A DNA stretch of 64,000 nucleotides from Camelus ferus (taxonomy: Eukaryota), in contig NC_045707.1 of NCBI RefSeq assembly GCF_009834535.1, positions 48,734,001-48,798,000 on the forward strand, given 5' to 3'. Numbering within the stretch: position 1 is the stretch's first letter; every line of letters begins with the position of its first letter. Of this stretch, positions 1-12,854 are shown one piece after another. Below the pieces are notes generated by a model. The model did no database searches. It worked only from the letters and a program-made list of their open reading frames with translations, and was not told the origin of the DNA. A program made the position numbers and the translations under genes.

Positions 1-1389
1 GTTGTGAGGGAAATGACAGTTGTAATGGGAAGGATGCAGTGTGAAAAAACTTGAGATACAGAAACGGAAGTAAAGAGACACATAAGGAAGTTCAGACAGG
101 TGAGATTTTGCAGTTCTATGTGCGAGTACCTGGGGAATCATTTGTGGGGCTTTAGAGAGTAAATGCGGATGGGAAGTCTGGACTCTGGAACATGGTAGGG
201 AGAGCTGGAAGGACTGAGATCTCCAAAATTACCAGTCTGAAAGGAGGAACTTGGATTCAATCCTGTGCCAATCTAAGAGGTCTTTGGCAGTGAGGACAGA
301 TTCTTCTAGGTATTTAAGGTAACACGGAAGGATTGAATGCTGCCTGCCCTAAAGTTGGGTAACCTCAGATCCTGGAGGGCTAATATTCAACATCTGCTTA
401 TTTTGGTCCACCAGGTGCCATGTCTGTTTTAAGCACAAAAAATAAAGCAGGCAAATATCCCTGCTTTGATGAAACTTTCATTCTGGTACCCACATCTAGC
501 ATACCTCAGTATAAATTAAATTTGGAGGGAAATGAATTATGATTCTTAAGTTGTAAGTGAAAATCACTTCTCCCCAGGTAACTTTTGTCTGGTACTGATT
601 ATTTTTTTTTTCTAAAAATCTTTACACAGTGCTTCAATTATTTCTGCTGTTTGGAATTAAACATTTAAATGGTTTATTTTTAATTTTAACATATTCAACA
701 TTTTAAAAGAAATATTAAAAGCACTTTACAGAAATAGCTGCTATTCTTTCAGGAAGATAGTCTTTAGTACTTTCATAAAAACAGCTAGCTGGCGCAGAGA
801 ATGTCTGTAGTAAGACCAAGATTAAGGGTTTTATTTGACTGTGCCATGTGCTAGTTTAAGTGTGCTTCACAGTCTCAAAACATACTTTTATGTTCTTTAT
901 TTCACAGAACTGCTGTGACAAGACACAGACACTTTACTAAAGCTTGGTTACCAGTACTGAGCAGAGAACTGAAAATACATGCCTACTAGTAAGAAGTCCG
1001 TACTATCATTCCACATGCATTAGCTGGCCTGCAAATTCTATTTTCAAAGTTTATAAACAAACATTTGGTGATAAGAAAGCTTCCTTGGTGAATTACTTTC
1101 TACAGAAAATCAATATATTTTAATTGTCATGTTTTTGTTTGGTACTGATTTTAATAAAGAACATTAGGTGTCTTCAAGTTACAACTTTGACATAATCATA
1201 GCAAGTTCCCAGGCCCATCTCCCAGGGTTGTCTTCCTAGAAGAAACCCTCCCCTTGAGGCAGCGTGGTTCTAGCTCTTTCATGGCCCCTGATAGTTTCTT
1301 CCTATTCCACTTTTCCTCCATTTAAATACATTTTTTTAAAAAGCGAAAAAAATAAAACCCTTATTTTTTCCATAAATTAAAAACTTATT

Positions 1390-1685
1390 GCACAATTCCA
1401 CTTTACATGCGGTACCTAGGATAGGCAAATCCACAGAGACAGTAGAATAGAGGTTGCCAGGGACTGAGGGAGAGGGAAATGTGGAGTTACTGTTTCATGG
1501 ATAGTTTCTGTTTGGGATGATGAAAAAGTTCTGGAAATAGATAGTAGTGATGCTTGTACAACACTGTAAATGCACTTTATTGAATACTTAAAATGTAAAA
1601 TGATAAAATTTATATGACGTATTTTTTTACCACTACAAAAGTAATACCAAAAAAACCAAAAACAAACAAACAAACAAACAAAAAG
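1390..1685 (+). mobile_element. L1M (L1MB-like) 3' end with A-rich/(CAAA)n tail
   Basis: ggcaaatccacagagacagtagaatagaggttgccaggg…gatgatgaaaaagttctggaaatagatagt is typical of old L1 3'UTRs. Confidence 0.8.
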
Positions 1686-2859
1686 CCCTTGACACCACCA
1701 GATTTGCAATGGTATCGTAGGGTACTTGTTAATGTAATGTTGGTGTCATTACGTTTTAACTGCCAGCTGGCAACCATCAAGGTTTGCAACTACATGGATT
1801 TAAAAACAAACAAACAAAATCTTCACAGCATTTCCTGTCATCTTTCAGCCGCTTTCACTATGTGGTTTTACTCTTCTGAGACAGGCGCGTATGTTCTTAT
1901 CATTCAGAAGGTAACAAATATTTAAAAGAGCTATTTTGATAGTACCAACTTGTATGGTTCTTGGCTTGTGGGAAGAACTACTCTGTTTCTAGTTGGATTT
2001 TGCATTGTCTCACACCATGAGTAATGCCAGAGAAGGTATTGAAATTGGCCTCCAAGAATGAAGATGTTTCATGAGACGCCAACCTTTTCATGAAGAAAGT
2101 TCCAAAGAGATTTAAACCTACAGCACCAAATGTGATCATGCCTCCATTTTCTGTTTTCCCCGAAAGACTCATAAGTCAGCTCGTATGTTATCATTTAATG
2201 CTTTAAAAATTGATATGCTCAGACATCATTCAATAAAAAATGGGCACATAAATTATTTCTAAACAATAATATTTCCTCAAGTATTTAAAGTGGATTTATT
2301 CAAAATACAGGATTGTTTCCAAAAATAAAAACACTCATATGATTTAAATGGTAAAGCAACTTTCACTTTGTTGTCATGTTAGTATCTATCTGCATCAAAA
2401 ATTCATCTCATGAATTATTAAAGAAATAACCTCAACAAGGAAAATTACAAGGGATGAATTATTGCTTGAAGGGACAACTTGAATCAAATCAAATAGTTCT
2501 CAAGGGACTATAACTATCCCAGAAAAAGTTCCTAAACGAAGCCATTATTTTACAGTGCAGACATTAGAATCAAACTTTTCATTCATTTGCCTACTTAAAT
2601 TCTGGAGGGCTGTGTTCTGCGGTGGAGCATTTATTTTTCCTAGGATACAGGGTAAATTGAAAAGAGAATATTTACAGACCAAATAGGTTCCCTGCAGTAA
2701 ATACACACTGCACAGACATGACCTGCATTTGAACGCTCCAAACTAAACAGGACATAACTTTCAGGCGAGAGCATGGATAAAAGGCAGGATGAAGAACACA
2801 ATCTCTTAAAACCCTCAGTTCATTCTGAAATTTGTGTTACTTGACATAAATTTGCATTC

Positions 2860-3030
2860 CTTACATAGCTTATCATACGCGACAGGTTCTGTTCTAAACG
2901 CTTTGCAAATACAGACTCATTTCATCCTCCTGTGAATAAGGTGTGATCATTAATGGGGAAACTGCCTGAGGTCACACAGATCCTTAGGCCAAGAACTGAA
3001 CCTGAGCATTCTGGCCCCAGGGTCTGTGTG
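2860..3030 (-). mobile_element. MIR SINE
   Basis: ttctaaacgcttt…ctcatttcatcctc…ggggaaactg…aggtcacacag. Confidence 0.65.
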
Positions 3031-3939
3031 CTCAGCTTCTAGGTCAGGCGTTGCACATTATTCTATCTCATCTTGTGCTTGACTTCAACTTTCATCTTCA
3101 CACAGGATGTTTTTCTTTGTTTGAAAAGGAAATACAACATTGCCAAACTCTGGTTACGTTTATGGTAGCAGGCCTTATTACCAGCAACATGCAGGAGCAT
3201 GGCCAGGAGGTGATCTTTCAGATAACATCTGGCTTTTTTCTCTCTCTTTTGTAGTTTCCACTCAGCTTTCAATAGGTACATCTCCAAAGGTGGTCTCATC
3301 CGTAAAATATCGACATTTCTGCCATCACTTAGTGTAGGAAGCCTTCATTCAACCCAAAGACATTTCCCACATGAGAATTCGCAGGGAAAATTTTTATGTA
3401 AATCCTCCCCCCTTTTTTTATAGCATATTTAGATTGCATGATTTCTCCCTAATTACAGTAGAGTCACTATCAAGACTACAGACTATTTCAGTATCTTAAA
3501 ACTTGAAGTCACATCAAATGGCTAATTTCCTATCATTTTTGCAGACATCAAGGGCTTTAGTTAATCATTTCTGTTGCTCATCTTCATTTAAACAATGTTC
3601 TCCTTGGAGATAAAGATGCCAGTAAAGAAGTTAGCTCTTTCCCTGCCATTGCTCACAAGACAGAAGCAGCTGGTTGGAGTGGTAAAGATAACAGTGGGTG
3701 GAGTATATAGCCTCTTCAGGCTTTAGCTCCATGCTTTTGAAATTGATTATGAAAATTAATTATGATAGTGCCTAACTGATAGGGTTATCCCGAGTCTTAA
3801 CTGAGGTAATGAATTTAAAGCACACACCACAGTGCCTGGCACAGAGTAGGTGCTCTAAGCATTTATCTTTAACATATCACATCAGCTTCCTGAGCAGTGG
3901 CCTGTGTTTGCCATGCTCATCTTCTTGCTATTAAGGTAT

Positions 3940-4500
3940 TAATGTTTCAAGACTAACGCTATAGCCTCCTAACTAGTCTCCTTGATCCCGGTGTCGCCGC
4001 CTGTATATTTTTTGCTAGGTTTGGTTTGCTCAAATAAAACTTTTATCACGTTATTACCCTATTCAGCTACCTCTGATGCCATCCAGCTGCTAGCACAGAA
4101 ATTGGCACATCTTAATCACCAAGTGAATATTGGCTGAACAAACAAATGAATAAATTAAGTGCCCAGTGACAGACTTTCAAGTCCTTCCACAGTCAGACTC
4201 TACCCTCAAATTTTTTTCCTTATCTCCCTTTAGTTATTACCATAAACATGGACCATTCATTTATTGTATGACTTCCACGTGTCAGACACCATGGCAGTTG
4301 TTGAATGTTCAAGGATGGTAAAAGAGCTCATGGCTTCTTTGAAAAGTGTCCTTCTAAGCCAAATTGATTTTTTTATTGCTTTCCAATTGCCAAGGTTTTG
4401 ATAATGCTGTTCCACTGGCCCCAAAAAGCTGTCCCTCTGCTTTCACGCTCTTTTTATCCCTCGGGATTCATCTCCAACTGTACCTTGTTCTGTATACACA
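3940..4500 (+). mobile_element. Degenerate L2 fragments
   Basis: atagcctcctaactagtctcc…; aatattggctgaacaaacaaatgaat resembles the L2 tail. Confidence 0.45.
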
Positions 4501-4661
4501 CTTACCTAACCACCCACGTGTAAAGTGATCTCTCCCCATTCCTCCTCTGCCGTGCTAAGACAATTATTTTTGATTACATCATACTTTACTTTGGCCAGGA
4601 TTTATAATTATATAATACATTGTAAGTTCTCTGGTACCACAACTGTAAAATATTATTAACC

Positions 4662-4711
4662 ATATATATACACACACATAATATATATGCATACATATAT
4701 GTATTTTTATA

Positions 4712-4742
<31 letters not shown>

Positions 4743-4743
4743 G
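4662..4743. repeat. Compound (TA)/(CA)/(TG) microsatellite
   Basis: Seen directly. Confidence 0.9.
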
Positions 4744-5424
4744 GCCTGTAGTAACATTTTCTCCTGTGGTGGTTCCTCATTCAATATTTGCAGATGAATC
4801 GACTGTTGGATAGGTTACTGGACATTTTCTTACACTTAACAGAGAGGTATGTGCTTTGCACACACCACTAGATATTCAATGAATGTTGCTTTGGTGTCCC
4901 GGTACAATCTAGTGATCAATACTATGAAAAAATAATACACTTCGTGACTGCAATTGACAAAAGAGATGCTCCTGAACATACAAGAGTCAGAGAAATAAGG
5001 AATTGAATCCTTCCTTGTGGAGAAAGAGTCACATATCTCCATACCTTTATCTTAATTCAGAACTTATTCTGTCTTTGTCTCTATTCTCATTTCTGCTCCA
5101 TTGCTCAGAGTAGGGATTCTTTATCTGGAATCTCTGGATCCTTATAAAGTCTATGAATGGATTTCAGCAGGGCTTACAACCCAGTAAAATGTTATGCATG
5201 AAGGAAGCCAGGTGGTTATCTAACAAGTACAAAGTAGGGGTTTAAACCCAAGCTTATCTAACTGCAAAGTCTCTGTTTTTCCAGATATATCATGGTTTAG
5301 GTGATTTCTTGCATTGCTACGTAGAAAACAGACAAGGGTGGTGATGCAATCTAATTATTGGACTGGAGTGTCGGGAAGGTTTGTAACAATCACTACCACA
5401 GAGTGGCAGCGGCAGAAGCAACAG

Positions 5425-5590
5425 CAAACACTTATGTATTGTTTGTGATGTGTCGAGTGCAGTTCTAAATGCTTCATGTATTAAGCTTTTTTTAAACCTC
5501 ACCACAAACCTATGAAATAGTACTATGGTTAGACACATTTTATAGATTAACAACCTGAAAAATGGAGAGTTAAGTTGTTTAGGCAAGGCA
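5425..5590 (-). mobile_element. MIR SINE
   Basis: gttctaaatgcttcatgtattaa…cctcaccacaaacctatgaaatagtacta…cattttatagat. Confidence 0.7.
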
Positions 5591-6614
5591 GAAGGACACT
5601 GAACATAGGTTGGAGGGGGTGCAGACATACGGGAAAGAGAGAAGACGGCCATGGTATTGGTTTTTTACCAAATTTTGTTTCAAGCCATCCTGCACTCTAG
5701 GCTACCCTGAATTCCAACCTAGCCTTCTTTCATGACTAAAGGAGAAAATCTGTCTAGGGTCACAAAATAAAGAGCCAGACAACCCATTCCAGCCCCTGAC
5801 CTTACTTTGAAGAGTCAATCTACGAATAAACCAGTCACATCAGGTTTGTGAAGATAATCACTTGTTTCCAGACCTCTTAGAAAATAAAAGGCTGTCAGAA
5901 GGAGACCTTTCTCAGCTCTGGCATTCTTCACATCTTAGTATGCAGGTACAATTTAAATCACTTGTAGTTGATGTCTGTGAGAAAGAGTGACTAGCCTTGA
6001 AATGAACTTTGACAACATGCAGAATATAGTCACCCTGTTAACTAGTGAGTTGTCAGTAGAAATCAGAGTTTAAGTGGTTTTAACAGCAGATGTGGTATGT
6101 GCTGTGAATTTGAATATTTCAAATATCTATACAGCAGCCAAGGTTTCAGTGAACCCTACTCCCAAACATTCCAAGCCAGGATAAGTTTCAGCCTTCTCTG
6201 CACAAACACTGCTTCTAGCCTCAGAAGTGTTTCAATTCCCATTAGATTGGCCAGAGACCTGGATTGTGATGACAGTTCCATGGCTTTTTTGTGAGTTACT
6301 GTATATGACTTTTTGTGAGTTAATTTCTTCTATCTAAAAGTAAGTATGACAACATATGTAACTTAACATCTGATTAAAGGCACAAATTTTAAATAAGATG
6401 ATATTCAGTAAAATCCTTGGGGTTCTGGAGGTGAGGTTCTTACTAAGACTTAAAAGATGGAAATATTTGTTCCTGCACAAAGATAAAGTTCAAAAAAATT
6501 GTAAAACTTGATCACATTGTATAAACTGTTTATAGTCTGCAAAGACATGTTACCTGAGAATTTTTATTATTAATTGTGTATAACTTAAAAGTTTGATCTT
6601 TCTTAAAATGCAGT

Positions 6615-6780
6615 ATCATAATGGTAAGCTAGATGAGATGTGGGAAGAGCTGGGTATTCGTGTCAGTTGGGCTTCTTACTAGCTCTGTGAACTTGGGCAG
6701 ATCATTGAATTTCAGTTTTCTCATCTGTAAAATGGAAATAGTAAAAATCATTTCCCTTGCCCAGGTCAAAGGATTACTAT
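6615..6780 (+). mobile_element. MIR SINE
   Basis: cttactagctctgtgaacttgggcag…cagttttctcatctgtaaaatgga core. Confidence 0.75.
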
Positions 6781-6809
6781 GATATATATCAGAAAACAAC
6801 ACAAGCTAA

Positions 6810-7000
6810 CATTTACAGAGAGCTTAATTTATTGGTGCCATGCTCTGAATTCCATGCTTTGTACATTTTGCCTCCTTTCATCTTTATTCCAATGTTATGA
6901 ATTAAGTAATACTTTATATCTACTTTACTGATATGGGAACTGAGACTCAGAGAGGTTAAGTGCGCTGAGCTCATAAAGCTTACTATTAGGGGGAAGAACA
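6810..7000 (-). mobile_element. MIR SINE
   Basis: gatatgggaactgagactcagagaggttaagtg is the reverse core. Confidence 0.65.
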
Positions 7001-8556
7001 TGGATGTGAAACTTAACTAAAATGGTTCTGTTTTATAAAAGTAAGATGATTGACATATCAAGAAAATGTGTTTCTTCTCCTGTCCTAGTTCTTTTTCTTT
7101 AACACTCTATGTCTCTCCTCAAAGTCTCTCTCTCTCTGGTAACAATTACTGCTGTTATTCATCATGTACACTATAGCACTATAGCAGGGTTAGGTTTCGA
7201 TAAGGAAAAAACCAAATCTGGCAAAACAGTAATCGTGGAATCATAGTGTGATCTCTAGCCAATGATCTAACTGCTTTTATGTAATCCTCATTCACCAAGT
7301 GTTTCTTGAGAATTTACCGTATTCCATGATTGGTGTAGGGTGTGGGGATTCTACAAATATGAAGGGAATGTGCTTTATTCCTTGGGGTGAGAGATGTACA
7401 GAAATACCTATAATCTGAAGAAGTGATTGCATGTTATAAGAGATAAATGCCAGAGGAGTTCAAGAGGAAAAATTAACTGATTCCAGGTAAGGGGATCATG
7501 AATTTTGCACCAACGTCCAGGGAAAATATTTGCCTTTTTCTAGATTGTCAGGCTAACTAGGTAAGTGCTTATTAAATGCCAAGGAGAAGAGGAGTGGGAT
7601 AAGATGTTAAAATTGTGGAGACTGGGCTTGGGAAATAAGGCAAAAAAAAAAAAAAAAATCATGTGATAGCACCTTCTCCCCTCCTTTAGTTACACACTAA
7701 AGAATTTAATTCCTTCAAGTTTCATCAAGGCACGAGTATATTTACTGTCGAATTGTATACTTGGATGGCTAGAGGAGAGAAGGAGGGAGGGTGGAGGATG
7801 GGAGGGTTATCCTCTCATGTTTCACAGATGTTGATTTCAAGTTTCCACCTGGTAACAGCCTAGGGGCCAGGGCATAAAGATACAAGTCAAAACATAGAGA
7901 CACACAGAACTGACAGCATCCAGCAAGGGAATTACAAAAACCCCAAAAAGCTTTCCACCGGCTAAATAAATATCTTTCCTTGTATTTGCACTTTTTTTTT
8001 TTATTTACTGAAATCTGGAAAGAGCCATAAACATTATTGCCTTTTCAAAGTTCTAGATTATATAAAAGTGTAGTCTATGAAAATAAAATTTTTCATGTAT
8101 AGGCTAATTAAATTGTGACCAACTTCTAGTATCTATGCATTTTCTTAAAAAAAAAAAAAACAAAACCTTGCAGACAAGAAGAACGGTTTTAAACTATGAG
8201 TAATGAAAGTAATAAATGACATGCTTTTCATATAAAACCATGGCTTTCTTCCAGGACACTTTAGAAATACATTCAAAATACAGAGGAAACTTCCATAGCA
8301 TAGTACTTGAATTTGTACAAACAGCCCAAGGCAAGTAAGAATCCGAATGGCTACTTATTTATTTTCACAGACCACACTTAAAATAATTTCATTCCATTTG
8401 CCAAGCTTACATGTCCTGAAAGGAAAACAAACAAACAAACAAAAAAAACCAACCCTGTCATTTCAGAAGTATGATAAACAAGACTAGAAAGGGTGGATAG
8501 ATGAGTGGGGTTGGGGGTGGGGAAACAAACCCTTTAGTTACAATATTTTAGGGAAA

Positions 8557-8946
8557 TGAATCAACACAATAAAACAAATCCCAAGTCAAGTTGCTCCACT
8601 GCTACACTACATAAGCAGTTTAGAATCTTAAGGAGATGCAAAAGAAATAAAGCATTTAAATGGGGAGAAAAAAAGGCCGATAAAGTTTCTGGCTACAATA
8701 CAAGAGACATATCATTACCATATGATCTAATGTGGGTGTCAGCCGGATTGTGTTCATTGAGGGAAACCTTATTTTTTAACTGTGCTATGGAGTAGAAGCA
8801 GGAGGTTTTCAACCTAGTGACAGTCACAGAGCAGCACCTACCCCCTCCTCCTTTCCACACCTGCAAACTCTTTTGCTTGGGCCGAATATTTAGTGTAATT
8901 ACATCTCAGCTTTGAGGGCTCCTGTGGCAAATCCCCGGATTAAAAG
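8557..8946 (+). other. DCN: DCN non-coding first exon Ia (5' end approximate)
   Basis: Closely matches the recalled human DCN 5'UTR (…ggccgataaagtttctggctacaatac…ggattaaaag) and ends at donor AAG|gtatga at 8946/8947. Confidence 0.85.
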
Positions 8947-10381
8947 GTATGATTTTCAATAATTGTCCTGAACTCTGCTACAGACTAATAAAACTTTGAT
9001 CAAGTTGAGAGAAAAGGGAATTATTTGGTGAGAAAGAAAAAAAAAATGTGTGCTAAACTTTCAGTAATCTTTATGCAGCATTTTAAACAAGTATTGCTTT
9101 TGAAAACAGAAACTAAGTATTTGCTAAAATGGTTGAATGCATTGTTTTAGTTCTTTCTCTCTGTTCTTGCAAAGATGTTTCTTAAAGAAACTATAACCTA
9201 AGACCATGATTATCTTTATTGATGTATTTTGTATTTGTACCAATTAAATGTTTAGTTCTTTAAGAAATGTTTATAGAAAAGTATTCTAGACTACCATACT
9301 GTTCGTAGTTGGATTATATATTTAAGGATTTATTCTCCTCCTGAATTCTTGTATATTTTAAGAACTTTTAAAACCTCAGAGAAGTGAACTCTGGTGATTA
9401 GCTGTAGAAGTCTGATGTGTATTTCTACAACCTAAAAAATAACAGAAATGATCATCAGAGAGGTGAAAATAAACACTGAGAACACTTCTACTGATTATTA
9501 AGAACCTAGCTAAAATAGTCTCACGTAATTCCTTAAATATAAAGAAGAGACCCTGCCAGAATTTTTGCAGCAAATGAAATTTTATTATAAGATACATTCA
9601 CTATAAAATGAAAGTGTGGGTTATTTTTCTTTCTAATTTCGAAACAGGGTAACATGATGACCACTGGTTAAGTGGGCTCCCAGTGATGTAAATACCTGTG
9701 GCTTTTTCTTTGAATTGCTATTTTGACCAGAAAAAGAACCAGATACCTCCTATAGTAACCCTTATATATGGATAAATGTTGCTTTTATTGTTTATTTAAA
9801 AAAATTTTTCTGTTATTATTGGGGTTTTTCATTCACCTAGTGCTGGGGGATTTTAATTTTCCCCTGCATTCACTATCTCCTGAGGGTTAAATTTTGACTT
9901 TGAAAGTCACATCAAAGGCATAAATGACATCATGCAAATATTGATCTGAATGATATAGTTAATTCAATGAGGTGAAGTAGTTTAAGAAACTAGGAATTAT
10001 TATTTTTGATAGAACACATAAGCTATGGCAATGAGCTTTAGTGAAGCAGTGACATTTTTAGCAATCAGCCTTTAGAAAAGAGGGATATATTTTGGGAATA
10101 CTTAAAACAGTTTAAATGAAATTTTAAAAGTATGCCACCTCAATAATAGTCTCCTTGGTGTCTAAAAGGGCAACTGCTATTTTCTGTTTATTTTTTTGAT
10201 TTATTAAGAAAGGAAGGAAGTGATTAAAGAAATCATGACTATTACCAGCCCACATTAATTATTTTAGGATGCTGAGTCTTCCAAGTATTATGGCAGTAAT
10301 TTTAAAAAGCTTATTTCATGGAGGAATTGTATAAAGTTCCTGGACATACTGTTCTTCCCCAGGACTTTCAGGGTTAAAATG

Positions 10382-10418
10382 CACACACACACACAGACAC
10401 ACACACACATACATACAC
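10382..10418. repeat. Imperfect (CA)n
   Basis: Seen directly. Confidence 0.9.
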
Positions 10419-11773
10419 AAATGAAAGTGAAAAGTAATAGAAGCTAAAAGCTGTCTACTTGAGTTCAGCGTCAACCAAATAGAATATTGTGTAGAGAATT
10501 TGCACCATTTTAATAAGAGTAAACAAATATAAAATGATAATATTCCTCTGAGCTAATGCTCAACATTTCCTTTTTTTGAGTTAATAAACCAGGCATTTTC
10601 TACTCTAGAGAAAAAAATCAGAAAGCAACATCCGCATTAATTCTTGTTGCTATTTATTAAATCTGCAATTACTTTGCTTCATTTTCTCCTAAAATTGTAA
10701 GACATTAAATATGCAAGGCTAGCAAACTTGTGGTAAACCATAAACATTGCATTTTAATGTGAAACAGACCAAAAACCACTCCCTTAGATCCAATCCAAGG
10801 GAATGCTGCCAAAACAATAGGGTCTCCTTTAAAAGGCAATGCAGTAACTGAGTGGGAATGGGTTTCTAGAGAAAACCTGATACTGAATTTAAAAGGGCAG
10901 TGCAAATAATAACCTTTGTGGTGTTATTTAAAAGAAAAGCTTCAAGTCTGTTTGCATATGTGCTGCCTTAGACATGCTTCAGTAGTAAATATAAACTAAG
11001 AACAAAAGTGTAAGAAATTTAAAAACATTTGTTTCCCCTCTAGTGGATCTAGGCAAACATTTCCAGAAAGTACATTAAGGTTAGGGCATACAAAGACATT
11101 TTCCTCTTTGCATATGCTACCATTGGATAATGACTGAAAATAATTTTCTAACTATAGGTATGAACGTACAACTTTAATATGGACTCATTAGTGCACAATT
11201 CAAAGTAGAGATGATGAGACTAAGGATAGTATCTTCAGTGTGTTTGGGGAATACTTAGAGCAGTTTCAGTGGAGTTTGAAAAAACTCAACTCAGAACTAG
11301 ACTGTTCTCTACTACGTGATCGACTACTTTTTGTTATTCAGATTTATTAAGATTTTGTTATTCAGATTCATTTAATTCACTTCAGCCAACTAAACAACTG
11401 ATTCAATAACACAGAAGTATGTATCTCAAAATGCTTGGTGAATGAATGGATAAATATTGTATGGATTTTGTTTATTTGTTTACAAAATAGTCCTGTTGGT
11501 AAAACCAAATAATTTATAAGTCATATAAAAATCAGATAAGTTTTTCTGTATGTGTTTAAATTGGTTTATTAAAAATGATCCGTTTGAGAAACTAGCTGAT
11601 AGATTTATGTCTAACACTGAATCTTGCCTATAACAAGTTGAGATTTTCAATTTGATGTCTTTCTTATGCTAGAAATTTGATATTGAAAAAAGATAATTGT
11701 GTGTTTTAAAAAATCAGATTGGTTGCCGGGAACAAATTGAATAACTTGTATTATTAATAAATTGATGGTCAAT

Positions 11774-11780
11774 TGAGTCA
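11774..11780 (+). promoter_or_regulatory. AP-1 consensus TGAGTCA about 45 bp upstream of exon Ib
   Basis: Exact consensus next to the putative exon Ib start; function is inferred only. Confidence 0.45.
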
Positions 11781-12490
11781 TTTACATGCACAATATTGTG
11801 CAAGGCTCGGGTGCAGAACACAGAATAATAAGACACGCCCTGAAGGAGTACATCTTCTAGTTGGGGGGACAGACCAAGCACGCAAAACAAATTACAATAT
11901 AATGTGATAAGTTCTTTAAAAGAGGTAAGCGCAACGTGCTTTGGGAGCACAGAAGAGGGAGAAAACAGCATCCTGCCTGGATGAGCCAGGGAATACACAA
12001 GGGAAGCCCATTATCTCATTTAGTCTTTACCTCGCTCTTCCAAGGTAGGTATTTTAAATGGTGATTAGCTTTGAATGTCAGGGTTGAGGTGGGTACTGGG
12101 AATAGAGAGAAAATGGAGAGAAATATGGCTTGAAATATCAGTTAGTACCAAACTATGAATGGTCTTATATGCAACAAAGGGGATGTGTATCTTACTGGCA
12201 TGCCTTGACAAGTAAACAAAGGGTTTGCAGTAGAAAATGAATACAATGAAATTTAATTTTTAGAAGATGACTTGGGCAGCAGAGTGGAAGATCCTGGACT
12301 GGAGGAAATAGTCAAGGCTGAGACCATTTGGAGGCTCTCATGATAGTTCAGGGAGTGATGAGAAGTCTGGACCAAGATAAATACATTAGGTTGGAGAGAT
12401 AAGATTGGCTTCCAGAGATATTTCTGAAGCAGGGATTGGAGACCTTTCATGTGTACAGACAAAACTATTTTGACTGTGGCATGGCTGGTG
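11775..12490 (-). mobile_element. L2 LINE 3' region, overlapping exon Ib
   Basis: tgtgcaaggc…cctgaaggag…tctagttggggggacaga…gtgctttgggagcacagaagaggga…, and further on aggctgagaccatttggaggct…gttcagggagtgatg, match antisense L2. Confidence 0.65.
11823..12044 (+). other. DCN: DCN alternative non-coding first exon Ib (5' end approximate)
   Basis: Matches the recalled human variant 5'UTR (gaataataagacacgccctgaaggagtacatc…ctcttccaag) and ends at donor AAG|gtaggt at 12044/12045. Confidence 0.8.
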
Positions 12491-12842
12491 TTGAGTGAGC
12501 ATTGAAAATTGCATGGTGATTTATCATCATAACAGTTTTACACATGACTTGGATATATAATCCATAGTCTTAATTCAGACCCCATATTCAAGTAAATTTA
12601 AATAATATTCAAATTTATATTCCTAAGTAAATAGCTGTGCAAGTTAGTCTCTAATGTACCTTATAACCTTCCAAACACATTTCTAATGCTCTGTGTCCAA
12701 CAATAAATATAATAGTTTTTTTTGTGCTCTGCTCCATGCTCACTCCACTGTCAGGTGTTACATAAAAATAACACATAAATCAGGCAATGCTACTCTTCTC
12801 AACCTTCTGTTTGTTTCCTAGGTTCCTTGATTGTGAAAATAT

Positions 12843-12851
12843 ATGCGATAA
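12843..12851 (+). promoter_or_regulatory. Minimal uORF ATG CGA TAA, in frame with the main ATG
   Basis: ATG CGA TAA ATC ATG read directly in the exon 2 5'UTR. Confidence 0.7.
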
Positions 12852-12854
12852 ATC

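Noticed and set aside
583..1150. ttttgt(c/t)tggtactgatt seen at about 583 and 1133
   Set aside because: Only about 18 nt with no extension; plausible by chance in AT-rich DNA.
3140..3337. ORF with a protein-like start (PNSGYVYGSRPYYQQH)
   Set aside because: Non-ATG start, short, and no family recognised.
6283..6322. Short local repeats (also 11328-11369, 13936-13966, 43191-43222, 46993-47014)
   Set aside because: 10-20-bp slippage duplications, common in mammalian DNA; not CRISPR-like arrays.
6615..7000. Adjacent inverted MIR pair
   Set aside because: Too diverged for a stable duplex and upstream of the transcript; a common arrangement.
8556..8795. 79-aa ORF over exon Ia
   Set aside because: No recognisable protein; its start is at or upstream of the likely TSS, and the conservation is explained by the leader/promoter.
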